64,000 nt of DNA from an uncultured Desulfosarcina sp. (lineage in GTDB: Bacteria > Desulfobacterota > Desulfobacteria > Desulfobacterales > Desulfosarcinaceae), in contig CAXXWQ010000003.1 in the NCBI GenBank assembly GCA_963674945.2, positions 2,400,001 through 2,464,000 on the forward strand, given 5' to 3'. The position numbers and the translations under genes were made by a program. This document shows, piece by piece, positions 9,757 through 19,494 of the stretch. Positions within the stretch are counted from its first letter, which is position 1, and each line of letters starts with the position of its first letter. Below the pieces are notes generated by a model. That model was given only the letters and a program-made list of their open reading frames with translations. It ran no database searches and was not told where the DNA came from.

Positions 9757-10075
9757 AGCCATAGAACTTAAATTCATCGGCCCTGTATCTAATTTGAACC
9801 GAGCCCTTGAGGCAATGAAATCTTTAGGGTTTGTGGATGCGTCCGATTATGTGCCGTGGCGCGAGGCCTTCCCCAAGTTCGCCGGAAATGAGGTCGGATC
9901 GGTTTTGAGGGGCGCACGTCTCAAGGAGGAATTGACCCAAGTCCAACTTTCCGAGCGTGTTGGGATTCCACAGCGGCATATCTCCGAAATGGAAAACGGG
10001 AAGCGTCCGATCGGAAAGGAGATGGCAAAACGCCTCGGGGCTGCTTTAAATATCGGATACAAAGTCTTTCTTTGA
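9725..10075 (+). CDS. XRE/HigA-like antitoxin
   Basis: LRGARLKEELTQVQLSERVGIPQRHISEMENGKRPIG. Confidence 0.88.
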   Translation: MQAHTKKRRTEAIELKFIGPVSNLNRALEAMKSLGFVDASDYVPWREAFPKFAGNEVGSVLRGARLKEELTQVQLSERVGIPQRHISEMENGKRPIGKEMAKRLGAALNIGYKVFL

Positions 10076-10085
10076 AAGCCACCTT

Positions 10086-10316
10086 ATGGATCAAGTTGCT
10101 TTTGCCGCCGATGAGGTTTTTCCAGACAGTCACCCGGGGCAAATTTTGAGAGGTCTAAGGATACGCGAAGGGCTCACGCAAGTGCAGCTCTCTGAAAAAA
10201 CCGGTTTGGCCGCTCGCCATCTTTCTGAAATGAAAAATGGCGAGCGGCCGATTGGCAAGGCCATGGCCAAGTGTTTGGCAAAGGCCTTGAAAGCAGATTA
10301 CCGGATGCTTTTATAA
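10086..10316 (+). CDS. Second XRE HTH protein, paralog of the antitoxin HTH
   Basis: LRGLRIREGLTQVQLSEKTGLAARHLSEMKNGERPIGKAMAK, colinear with the preceding gene. Confidence 0.8.
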   Translation: MDQVAFAADEVFPDSHPGQILRGLRIREGLTQVQLSEKTGLAARHLSEMKNGERPIGKAMAKCLAKALKADYRMLL

Positions 10317-10390
10317 ACTGATTATCGGGGATGGGGACTGCAGTCTGAAGAGCAGGTGCCCTGGCCGGCCTGCCCCGATTTTATTACTAG

Positions 10391-11200
10391 GTGCTGTTAC
10401 GGGAGATGGTTGTGGATTTGGATACGTGGATATCTGGTGATGGATCGGTTGATTCTGAGTTGGTACAACATAAGGCAGTTTTGATTGCTCGTGCCGTTGC
10501 CGTTTGCGCTACTGCCGTTTTACAAACGACTTTTGCCAAGCAAGAAAAAAAACAGACCGGTTACAAAGAGTTGGCCGACGAGGTACTGTCTGGTCAAAAA
10601 GTCACACCTTCCTTATTAGATGAAATTCTGCCAAAAGAACATCATTTTACGTCTGACTCACCATCTATGGCTTATCTCCGGGAGATACTCTCATCAAGAG
10701 ACAATGATACTTATGCCCTATTTGCTTTGCAGGAAATGGCCGGATTAAATTTCGAATGTGTTTTTAATGATCCTACACCAGATGGCTATTGGCGGCATTT
10801 TGAGGTCGTGTTGTCATGCTTGAATGTTCTTCTACGACTTTTCTCAGAAATTATTCCCAAGAAAAATTATCAAGACGTTAACGTACAGAGACTGCAACTC
10901 CTCGACCTTTCTATGAACAAACTTTTTTTTGAGGCGGGACAGGTAGCTGCCGTTTCAGTTGATGAAACGATTCGTCATGATGGAATCCGTAACATGAAAA
11001 TGGGTGAAACCGCTATAGCATTGGAGCGCCGGAAACTTACTATAGGTTTTTATGAAGAGCTCGGGGATAGAGCCAAAAACATGAAAATCACACCAATTTC
11101 AAATCTTATTAGAAACAAATACATCAAGAAATTTGGTAAGAGAAAAGCTCGTTCGGCAAAACAGATCCGAGCGGATTTGAAAGCCGCTGGTATTTTCTAG
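10391..11200 (+). CDS. Hypothetical protein, basic helical C-terminus
   Basis: 269-aa ORF; no family recognised. Confidence 0.6.
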   Translation: MLLREMVVDLDTWISGDGSVDSELVQHKAVLIARAVAVCATAVLQTTFAKQEKKQTGYKELADEVLSGQKVTPSLLDEILPKEHHFTSDSPSMAYLREILSSRDNDTYALFALQEMAGLNFECVFNDPTPDGYWRHFEVVLSCLNVLLRLFSEIIPKKNYQDVNVQRLQLLDLSMNKLFFEAGQVAAVSVDETIRHDGIRNMKMGETAIALERRKLTIGFYEELGDRAKNMKITPISNLIRNKYIKKFGKRKARSAKQIRADLKAAGIF

Positions 11201-11385
11201 AGACGGACTTAAAGCCCCGCCTCCACCCTACCCACCAAAATCTCACTCACTGATTTTGGGAAAAACGGCCTGTTTTTCCCAGTTTTTTCCTGTCAATACA
11301 GTTGCTTGTAGACGACTCAAACAGTGGGTCATATTGTGCCCCCATCGATTTATTTAAACACAATTAAATCCAATGGGAGGCCGTA

Positions 11386-11571
11386 ATGTCTATCACATCT
11401 ACCGATCAGCCGGTCAATTACCTCAGCACCGAGGAACTCGCCCAAAAATACTTAGTCAAGGCTGCCTCAGTCCGCAGCGCTTACTGCCGTCAAGGTCATT
11501 ACTGTGGCCACATCCCAGAAAAGCTTGCAAATGGTCGGCTCAGGTGGCCTGACCACCCCACCCAAAACTAA
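11386..11571 (+). CDS. AlpA/Xis-like DNA-binding protein
   Basis: LSTEELAQKYLVKAASVRSAYCRQGHYCGHIPEKLANGRLRWP; GGGAGG SD; first gene of the replication operon. Confidence 0.7.
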   Translation: MSITSTDQPVNYLSTEELAQKYLVKAASVRSAYCRQGHYCGHIPEKLANGRLRWPDHPTQN

Positions 11572-11592
11572 GGGATAGGCGGCGGAGAAGTC

Positions 11593-12546
11593 ATGATGAA
11601 AATGGGACAAGTCCAATTATCAAAGAATTCAGGAAAAATTTTCCATTGTTTCAAGGGCCGTAGTCGTCAATTGGTGGCGGACATCATCACCATTATCGAT
11701 GAGATGGAAAAATATCATCCGTTGACGGTCCGTCAGATCTATTACCAATTGGTAGCAAGGGAAATCATTGCGAACAACCGAAAAGAGTATCAGAACATCA
11801 GCCGACTTCTTACCCGGATGCGTGAGGAACACCTTGTACCGTGGAGTGCAATTGTCGATCGTTCCCGGCGTATGGTTGAGAAGCGCGGAACATCCTCCAT
11901 CGAAGACCACATCCGAGAGAATGCGGCCTATCTTTTCGATGGATACAATCGGTGCCTCGTTCAGAACCAGGAAAATTACGTCGAGGTATGGACTGAGAAG
12001 GATGCACTATCATCCATCTTCGAAGATGCCGTATGGAAATACTGTTGCCGGATCGTCGTCTGCAGGGGGCAGATTTCAGCGACCTTCCTAAATGAATACG
12101 CGGAACGAGCGGAAGCAGCAATTAAGCGAGGCCAGGAGCCGGTTATTCTATATTACGGTGACCTTGACCCCACAGGGATGCGGATACCTGAGATAATCGG
12201 GAACAAGCTAATCGACCGGTACGGTTTAGTTGTCAATATCGATAGGATTGCATTATGGCCGGAAGACGTTGACCGGCACAACCTTCCCTTCAATCCAGAC
12301 GCCACTAAAAAAGCAGACCCGAATCATGCTTGGTATTGCTCACGTGGATACGGTGATTATTCGGTCGAACTTGATGCACTGCACCCTGAAACACTCATAA
12401 ATATAATCGACGATGCCTTGCGTGACCACCTCGATATTGATGACATGATTTGTCAGCAGGACATTCAGGAAGACGAACGGCTCCTTCTCAAGCGACTAAA
12501 GTTGAAATTTTTCGACATATGTCGGGACGAAAATTTACACGTATAG
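11593..12546 (+). CDS. Topoisomerase VI subunit A/Spo11-like wHTH + TOPRIM protein
   Basis: TVRQIYYQL (candidate Tyr), EVWTEKDAL, RG, YYGDLDPTG (DxD), ELDAL. Confidence 0.75.
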   Translation: MMKMGQVQLSKNSGKIFHCFKGRSRQLVADIITIIDEMEKYHPLTVRQIYYQLVAREIIANNRKEYQNISRLLTRMREEHLVPWSAIVDRSRRMVEKRGTSSIEDHIRENAAYLFDGYNRCLVQNQENYVEVWTEKDALSSIFEDAVWKYCCRIVVCRGQISATFLNEYAERAEAAIKRGQEPVILYYGDLDPTGMRIPEIIGNKLIDRYGLVVNIDRIALWPEDVDRHNLPFNPDATKKADPNHAWYCSRGYGDYSVELDALHPETLINIIDDALRDHLDIDDMICQQDIQEDERLLLKRLKLKFFDICRDENLHV

Positions 12547-12589
12547 GGGCGATAGCACCATTATTTTCCAAAAGCCAGGCGGGGGCCAT

Positions 12590-14467
12590 GTGAAGGACAC
12601 AATATTATCCCATTTTGCAAATAATTTTGAGCAATTTTTCCGAAAATATCTTCCAGAGATTGAAAAAATTGGTGGTGACGAGTGGAAAGCAATTTGTCCG
12701 TTCCATGAGGATATGGATCCAAGCCTCAACTTTGACGCTACTACCGGCCAATGGTTTTGCCATGGCTGTGGGGCCAAAGGAGACATTTTCCATTTTTTTG
12801 GGAATCTTAAAGGACTGCAAAGCGGTCAAGATTTTGGAAAAATACTCAATGGTATTGGAGATGATTTTGGAATTTCCCGGCCTTCGAAAGATAAGGGCAG
12901 GATAACAGCCACCTACGACTATCTTGATGCCTATGGCAATTTCGTTTTTCAGGTGGTTCGTTTCGAGCCTGGAAAGAACGGGAAAAAAAAAGATTTCAGG
13001 CAGCGGCGCCGTGGAAAGGACGGGAAGTGGGTCTGGAACCTGAAGGGGATTGACTTGGTGCTTTATGGATTACCAGAGGTCATCAAGTCGACTTCAATCA
13101 TATATGTGGAGGGAGAAAAAGACGTAAATAAAGTTCGGGAGGTGGGGTTTACTGCTACAACAAACCCAATGGGCGCAGGTAAATGGCGTGATCATTATGC
13201 TCAGTTCCTCAAAGGCAAACAGGTTATCTTGATCCCAGATAATGATGAGCCTGGAAAAAAACACATGGCTAAAATTGCGACGTCACTATTGGGGATTGCT
13301 GCCGATATAAAATTGCTTTGCCTACCCGGCCTGAATGAAAAAGGTGATGTTACAGATTTTATTGAATCATTTGACGATCAAACCGAAGCCGCCGAACGGC
13401 TATCGATTATGATCGATAACTGCCCTCCATATATCCAACAGACGAAGACCGCCATATCCAATGATTCGATCAACATCCTTGATGACTTAGCCAGTCTCCA
13501 GGTGGAAAAGGATTACACGGAAATGCTTGGAAACGAGGAATGGTTTTTCCCAAACTTGGTCATTAAAAATCAAATCTTAATCATTATTGCCAAAGCAGGC
13601 GGTGGAAAAACAACGATAATTTTTGAGTTTGTGGCACCATGGATGATCGGCCATCACGGCGTCGAGGTGTATTATTTTGACTGCGACAGTCCCGCATCGG
13701 ACCACAAGCGCATGTTTGATCGAGCAATAGATATCGGTCCTAATTTCAGATGGATTAACCCGTTGACCCATGGAAGAGGCCCGGATGACATCATTAAGAT
13801 GCTCGAAAAAGGAGTTGTTGGCAAACAGCGGTTCGATAATGCAGTCCTCATCTTCGATACTGCGAAAAAGTTTTTCAATGTGATGGACAAGCGCTCCGTG
13901 AAGCCGTTTTTTAGTTTGCTGCGACAGCTCGTATCTCTTGGCGCCACCATTATCATTTTGGGTCATGCAAATAAATACCGCTCAGTGGACGGCAATCTTG
14001 TCTTCGAAGGAGTCGGTGACATCCAAAGTGACGCCGATGCACTGATATTTTTTGAGGCGATACATACGCCAGACGGAACTGACGTCACCACCATTGTCGA
14101 CCCAGACAGGGGGGCCAAAGTCCGAGGCCTTTACGAGCAGATATCGTTCCGTATCGAGCGAGGTACTCGAGTTGTTACTCAGCACAAGGAGGTTGTCGAC
14201 GTTCCGGATTGGACTCCGGGTGGCAATGGCAAGCTTACCGATGAAGAAATAGAGGAGATGGTTCGGGATTTTTTGCTGGAACAAACGGGCCACACCAAAC
14301 AAGCCGATATAATCGAGGCATTAAAGGTACAACCTGGAGTCTCTTACCATGGGATCCGGAGGGTACTCACCGCCTGTGCAGTACACAAGAAAGAGGCTGT
14401 GCAGTCAGGACAAATCTTCTATTCGGTGGGTTTTCACAATACTAAATCATACAGCGTGGTAGATTAA
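12590..14467 (+). CDS. Primase-helicase (CHC2 Zn finger + TOPRIM + P-loop ATPase)
   Basis: CPFHED...CHGC, VEGEKD, PDNDEPG, Walker A AKAGGGKTT, Walker B LIFD. Confidence 0.92.
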   Translation: MKDTILSHFANNFEQFFRKYLPEIEKIGGDEWKAICPFHEDMDPSLNFDATTGQWFCHGCGAKGDIFHFFGNLKGLQSGQDFGKILNGIGDDFGISRPSKDKGRITATYDYLDAYGNFVFQVVRFEPGKNGKKKDFRQRRRGKDGKWVWNLKGIDLVLYGLPEVIKSTSIIYVEGEKDVNKVREVGFTATTNPMGAGKWRDHYAQFLKGKQVILIPDNDEPGKKHMAKIATSLLGIAADIKLLCLPGLNEKGDVTDFIESFDDQTEAAERLSIMIDNCPPYIQQTKTAISNDSINILDDLASLQVEKDYTEMLGNEEWFFPNLVIKNQILIIIAKAGGGKTTIIFEFVAPWMIGHHGVEVYYFDCDSPASDHKRMFDRAIDIGPNFRWINPLTHGRGPDDIIKMLEKGVVGKQRFDNAVLIFDTAKKFFNVMDKRSVKPFFSLLRQLVSLGATIIILGHANKYRSVDGNLVFEGVGDIQSDADALIFFEAIHTPDGTDVTTIVDPDRGAKVRGLYEQISFRIERGTRVVTQHKEVVDVPDWTPGGNGKLTDEEIEEMVRDFLLEQTGHTKQADIIEALKVQPGVSYHGIRRVLTACAVHKKEAVQSGQIFYSVGFHNTKSYSVVD

Positions 14468-14469
14468 AA

Positions 14470-14665
14470 CATGAGACACATGAGACGTTATTCAGTTATT
14501 CAGATGAAAAACCAGTACCGAAAAACAGTTATTCACAGTTTTCCAATACGGTCTTGCAGTGAAACTGAGTAACTGAATAACTGAAAAACTGAATAACAGT
14601 TATATTACAGTCGGTTATTGTTTGAGAGACATGCGAGACGTTTTTCAGTTATTCAGTTATTCAGG
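14470..14665. repeat. Iteron-like octamer array, putative origin A
   Basis: GTTATTCA at 14487, 14495, 14528, 14648, 14656 (variant 14640); four inverted TGARWAAC copies at 14566-14597. Confidence 0.8.
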
Positions 14666-14776
14666 ATACCCCACAACCAAAAATGAAAAACTAAAATTTT
14701 CCCACCACCCCCGCCGGTGGGAAAACGGTCACCCCTCGGAACGCCCAACCGGGGGGTGACCAACCAAAAAAGAATT

Positions 14777-16137
14777 ATGAAAATACTCATCAAAAACAAA
14801 ACACACATCACCAATGCCCTGGCCTCAATCGACCGCCAGATCCGGAGCCGGCTGACCCTTTTCAACCCCAAGTGGATCGAAAATGAACGCCTGGGACGTT
14901 GGAACGGCGACACACCCCAGAAGTTACGGTTCTATGAAACCGATGGCGCTGGCGGTCTGATCGTCCCAGGGGCCTTACCGGTCAGTTGGTGGCCATGGCC
15001 CAAAAGGACGGCATCAATTTTCATCTTGTCGACGAGACCCAGGCACTACCAACCGTTGAGATCGATTTTCAAGGCGAACTGAGGCCGTTTCAGGCCAGCG
15101 CAGTGAATGAAATGCTCATCAAGCGTTTTGGTTCACTGTCGGCCCCCACGGGCAGTGGCAAGACGGTCATGGGGCTTTACCTCATTGCCAAAAGAAAGCA
15201 ACCGGCATTGGTAGTTGTCCACACCAAAGAATTGCTCAACCAATGGATCGCCCGGGCCGAAACCTTCCTTGGGATCCCCATCGATGAGATTGGCGTTATT
15301 GGATCCGGCAAGAAACGAATCGGTGAACGCCTCACCGTTGCCACGGTCCAATCTCTCGTGAAACGCGCAGATGAGGTCGCGCCCTATATCGGTCACCTCA
15401 TCGTGGATGAATGCCATCGGACTCCCAGCAAGACTTTCACCGAGGTGGTCACCGCCTTTGATTGCAGGTACATGACCGGGCTCTCTGCCACCCCCTGGCG
15501 CCGGGACAAACTTTCCAAGCTGATCTTTTGGCATTTGGGAGACCTTCAGCACCAAGTCGACAAAGTCGCCTTGGAAAATGCCGGGCATATCCTCAAAGCC
15601 CAGGTCATCACCCGGAAAACGTCATTCAGGTCAAGCGTCGATCCGTCAACTGAATATTCTCAGATGCTCAAGGAACTGACCGAGGATCCCGATCGGAACC
15701 GGCTGATTGCCTCCGACGTCGCCGGTCAGATTGGCCATGGTGGTGTTGCCTTGGTATTGAGTGATCGCAAGAGCCATTGTCTCGACCTGCAGGAAATGCT
15801 CAAGAATCAATTTGGCATCAATGCCGAAGTTCTGACCGGGGACGTGCCCACACACCAACGCGAAGAGATCGTATCCAGGATCAATGCCGGCAAGGTCCCT
15901 GTGCTGGTGGCCACCGGCCAGCTGATTGGCGAGGGGTTCGACTGCAAGCATTTATCCACATTGTTTTTGGCTACCCCGATCCGGTTCAGTGGGCGCCTGC
16001 TTCAGTATGTTGGACGTATCCTCCGGCCCGGGCCAGGTAAAGAAATCCCCAAGGTTTTTGATTACGTTGACGGGCACGTCGGCCCCTTGGCTGCTGCGGC
16101 AAAAGCCCGGCAACGTGTTTACAGCAACGCAGCATGA
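14777..16137 (+). pseudogene. SF2 (DExH) helicase split by a 1-nt frameshift near 14966
   Basis: APTGSGKT, DECH, SAT, GEGFD, QYVGRILR in 14986-16137. Upstream frame MKILIK...GGLIVP joins as IVPRGLTGQLVAMA if one base is added at GTCCCAGGGG. Confidence 0.8.
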
Positions 16138-16152
16138 TAAGGAGAGTTTCAA

Positions 16153-16467
16153 ATGGAAAATCCCAAAATAGAAGATTTCACCGAAGAACAAATCCTTCAG
16201 GCTTCAGTATCCCTCTTCCTCGAGGCCCTGGATGCCGCCGAAAATTTCATGGTCGATCCGACCGGCATGGCAGAGGGGACCGGCCACAGCGAAATTTCCC
16301 ACCGGATTGCGCACGTGGTGGAGCTGTCCTTACCGGCAGTCTCTGCCGTGAGTTTCCTGCCATCAAAATTGTTACGGAAGTATCAATATTTCTTGGAGTT
16401 AACAGCCATCAAACTATCTGAAGAAATTGCCAAGGTTGAAACCACCGAAAAGATGATGGCGAATTAA
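16153..16467 (+). CDS. Hypothetical protein
   Basis: AAGGAG SD, operonic. Confidence 0.65.
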   Translation: MENPKIEDFTEEQILQASVSLFLEALDAAENFMVDPTGMAEGTGHSEISHRIAHVVELSLPAVSAVSFLPSKLLRKYQYFLELTAIKLSEEIAKVETTEKMMAN

Positions 16468-16480
16468 AAGGAGAGATTCA

Positions 16481-16762
16481 ATGGAAATTCGAGTTTTAAA
16501 CTACCGCCCCACCGACCGGCCAAACGTCGTTGGATATTTCGCCCTTGCCTATGGCGGCCTTGCGATCGACGGATGCAAGTTAATGGTTGGACGTGGCCAG
16601 GATGGAGCATGGGTCGCCTTGCCAAGTCGAAGGATCCAACGGGATGGCAAAACCGAATTCCGTCCATTTTTATTTTTTTCAAGAATCGAAATGTCTCACA
16701 TACGCCGCACTGTAGTAGCGGAAGCGAAAAGACAAGGCTATCTGGCTGAAAACATGAAATAA
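16481..16762 (+). CDS. SpoVG-like nucleic-acid-binding protein
   Basis: GLAIDGCKLMVG...GAWVALPSRR..DG fits the SpoVG pattern. Confidence 0.75.
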   Translation: MEIRVLNYRPTDRPNVVGYFALAYGGLAIDGCKLMVGRGQDGAWVALPSRRIQRDGKTEFRPFLFFSRIEMSHIRRTVVAEAKRQGYLAENMK

Positions 16763-16777
16763 CAGGGAGATAGAGAG

Positions 16778-17194
16778 ATGACGAGCGAACTTAATAAAAG
16801 AACAAACGAACTACTGGAAGAAATTAAGCTCCGCAAGGAACGCCAGCAAAAAATCGAAATGATACTGGAAAAAGCCGAACCGCTCGTACGGAGGAACGAA
16901 CGTCGCGTTTACTGGCGAGACCTATATGGCAATGATGAAAAAGTTCTCAAGGAATACCGAAGCGATCTAGACAAATTTTTGTACGAACAAATTTTTTTGA
17001 CGGACGAATTAGATAAAAAGATCGATAAGTTGTACGAATTTTTCGGGCGGCTGGATGCCGAGGAACCAGAGCAGGTAGAGGAAAAGAATCGGATTCCAGT
17101 ACTCGATGGACCTATATACAATTTTTCAACTCCGGAAGCCCCAAAGGGACCAGTGATCCTCGAACCAAACATTTTTGACATAGGGAGAGACTAA
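16778..17194 (+). CDS. Hypothetical coiled-coil protein
   Basis: GGGAG SD, charged helical sequence. Confidence 0.65.
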   Translation: MTSELNKRTNELLEEIKLRKERQQKIEMILEKAEPLVRRNERRVYWRDLYGNDEKVLKEYRSDLDKFLYEQIFLTDELDKKIDKLYEFFGRLDAEEPEQVEEKNRIPVLDGPIYNFSTPEAPKGPVILEPNIFDIGRD

Positions 17195-17195
17195 A

Positions 17196-18014
17196 ATGAG
17201 CGAGCAAGTACAAGTTATGGAAATGTTAGAGGCGATTAACAATCGGCTAACAATAGTCGAACGGGACTGCAATGCAATCGCCCGTCGTGTCGGGTATAGC
17301 CGGCCAGCCCCCGGACCAGAGCCGGTAAAGATCGATACATCGGACTCCCTGAAAAGGCTCGCAAAACAAAATGCCGAAGAGGCGGAACGTGAGCGGTTGA
17401 GAAACCTTCCTCCCATGCCTTCAATCGACACCGATATCGAGCCGGAAAAGTCGCCGGGCCAACGCCTCATGGAAGAACGGAAAGAGCGACATAGACAAAA
17501 GTTATCTGCCCTTGCCGGCAACAATCCCCGCAACAGGCGGATTGCTGAAGAGATTGCTGGCCGTGTTGGCGATGGGTTGGTACTGGTGTTAACCGAGTTG
17601 GGCAGCCATTGCCACGAATTACATACAGTACTGAAACGGCATCAACGGATCAAGGCCGCAGTTGTGACACACGATGATAACTCACGCAAACGAGAGGGCG
17701 TCCTACGGCAAGTCGGCGCCGGTGAAATCGGTGTGCTTGTGATTACCAGCAGATCCCTCTCCCAAAAGCCCTTGGGATTAAAACCGGCGGCAATCATCCT
17801 TGCGTCTCCGGTAAAATCCACACCTGCTTTGGTCGATGAACTATGCAGGTTGCTCTTGCCCAGCGACCAAGCCGAGCGTCAATGGCTGATCGGTGATACG
17901 TTGTCGGGGTTAAAAGGTCTGGACGGATCAATACGGACCCGGTTGAGAGATTTGTTTAAGGTCAGTGCCGTTGGCAACGAGAATTTCGGATCGGGGTTAC
18001 GCAACTGGGAATAA
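17196..18014 (+). CDS. Protein with a degenerate helicase C-terminal (RecA2) domain
   Basis: C-terminal half aligns by eye to the neighbouring helicase, but motifs V and VI are lost. Confidence 0.7.
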   Translation: MSEQVQVMEMLEAINNRLTIVERDCNAIARRVGYSRPAPGPEPVKIDTSDSLKRLAKQNAEEAERERLRNLPPMPSIDTDIEPEKSPGQRLMEERKERHRQKLSALAGNNPRNRRIAEEIAGRVGDGLVLVLTELGSHCHELHTVLKRHQRIKAAVVTHDDNSRKREGVLRQVGAGEIGVLVITSRSLSQKPLGLKPAAIILASPVKSTPALVDELCRLLLPSDQAERQWLIGDTLSGLKGLDGSIRTRLRDLFKVSAVGNENFGSGLRNWE

Positions 18015-18070
18015 CACTATCCGGCATGCTGCCCCCATGGCGGCGGCGTGCCGGTAAATAATAAGGAGGC

Positions 18071-19021
18071 ATGATGCCAAGGACAAAGATCGACTATCAA
18101 CAAGAGGTCCAAGTTTATTCAAAGCTGAGGACCAAAGGCGAGAAAATTAGCCAAGTGAAATACTGTGAAGCGAGGTCCAAAGAACTTGGATCCGAAATAT
18201 CAGTACCATACTTTCGAAAGGTACTGGCAAAACTCAAAAAGAAACCGCCAAAAAAAACAGCAAGCAAACCTCAAACAACACTCAAGGATATGCAATACGA
18301 TTTCGATGTCCTCAAGGCTGAGTTTGTGGCTGGGCCGTATAAGTCGGTCTCGGATTTTTGCCGTCAACGCAAGATAAAACCAAGCGGGTATTTCCGAACA
18401 AAGACCAAGGGATGGACAGCGGAAAAGAAGAAAATTCAATCACATACAGAGTTAAAAACTGTAGAAAATATGATCGCCGATAATGCGGCGGAAGCTACAC
18501 GCGATTTGTACTCAACGGTATTATCCATACAATTCCAGTTGTTCGAATTACTCAAGATGGTTGCACAATCGCACACCCGATGGAAAGAGGTAAAATCCCC
18601 CTACACGGCTCGGGAAGCAGCCAACTTCGTGATTGATATGGAACGGGCGATTGAAAGGATCGTGCCGGCCATCCGCGGCCTGGAAAAAATGAGCGAGGTG
18701 AATAAGATTTTTGACCGGCTGGCAGATGGGACGATGGACGTCACCAAGGCTTCTTTCAAACTGCTCATGTTGGGTGTCAAAGTGCCAAAGGCCTTGGAGC
18801 TCATGCTGGCCAAACACCAGATCGAGGAGCCCGAGCTCGATGATAACGATGTGATTTCCGATGAGGCTATCCTTGCCAAGCGTGAGCAACTCTTGAAGGC
18901 GGTGGAAAAAGAACGGATCGAGCTTGTCGCCGAGCGGACCAAGTACGTTTCTGACCTCAAAAAAAAGATGAAGGGTAAGGATTCGTTTGTGGCCCAGGCA
19001 AAGGTTGAAGGCGGTGAATAA
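18071..19021 (+). CDS. Terminase small subunit-like protein
   Basis: DFDVLKAEFVAGPYKSVSDFCRQRKI...KGWT resembles the TerS N-terminal HTH; AAGGAGG SD; last in operon. Confidence 0.5.
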   Translation: MMPRTKIDYQQEVQVYSKLRTKGEKISQVKYCEARSKELGSEISVPYFRKVLAKLKKKPPKKTASKPQTTLKDMQYDFDVLKAEFVAGPYKSVSDFCRQRKIKPSGYFRTKTKGWTAEKKKIQSHTELKTVENMIADNAAEATRDLYSTVLSIQFQLFELLKMVAQSHTRWKEVKSPYTAREAANFVIDMERAIERIVPAIRGLEKMSEVNKIFDRLADGTMDVTKASFKLLMLGVKVPKALELMLAKHQIEEPELDDNDVISDEAILAKREQLLKAVEKERIELVAERTKYVSDLKKKMKGKDSFVAQAKVEGGE

Positions 19022-19101
19022 AACCGGATGATACGGGTGCAAGCCTTCGTGAGATTGACCGCCAGGTCGCTGCCGAGGTCGAAAAGTATTTTGAGACTAA
19101 G

Positions 19102-19326
19102 ATGAATCCGACCACGATCTTTACAAAAGCGTGGCGAATGCAAGCCGGGTCAGATGACCCACAAGAAGAAACCTCAACGAAATCAGGTTATAATGCAGAA
19201 ATCAAAGAAATCAAACGTGCAAAAGACGGAACACTTCACGGCGGTGCTCGCCCAGGCGCCGGCCATAGACCCAAACCGAATCCCCGGAGAGAAACCATCC
19301 AGCAAAATACTACACCATCGCCATAA
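19102..19326 (+). CDS. Short ORF with GGARPGAG motif (possible TerS-like remnant)
   Basis: HGGARPGAGHRPKP; weak start context. Confidence 0.35.
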   Translation: MNPTTIFTKAWRMQAGSDDPQEETSTKSGYNAEIKEIKRAKDGTLHGGARPGAGHRPKPNPRRETIQQNTTPSP

Positions 19327-19494
19327 TTAATGGTATCGCTAAATATGACGGTGGTAGTACTCTCCATAACCCGCTCAATGGCTTGGTAATTATGACAAGA
19401 GATCTGTTCTTTGTGGGGATATGGATAAGCAGTCCGGATCCTTTGGTGTGGAAGGGGTAGCCACGTGGCTACTCCCCATCCCGATTGAGCTTTT

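Noticed and set aside
14960..14975. Programmed ribosomal frameshift in the helicase
   Set aside because: No X XXY YYZ heptamer; an indel or assembly error is simpler.
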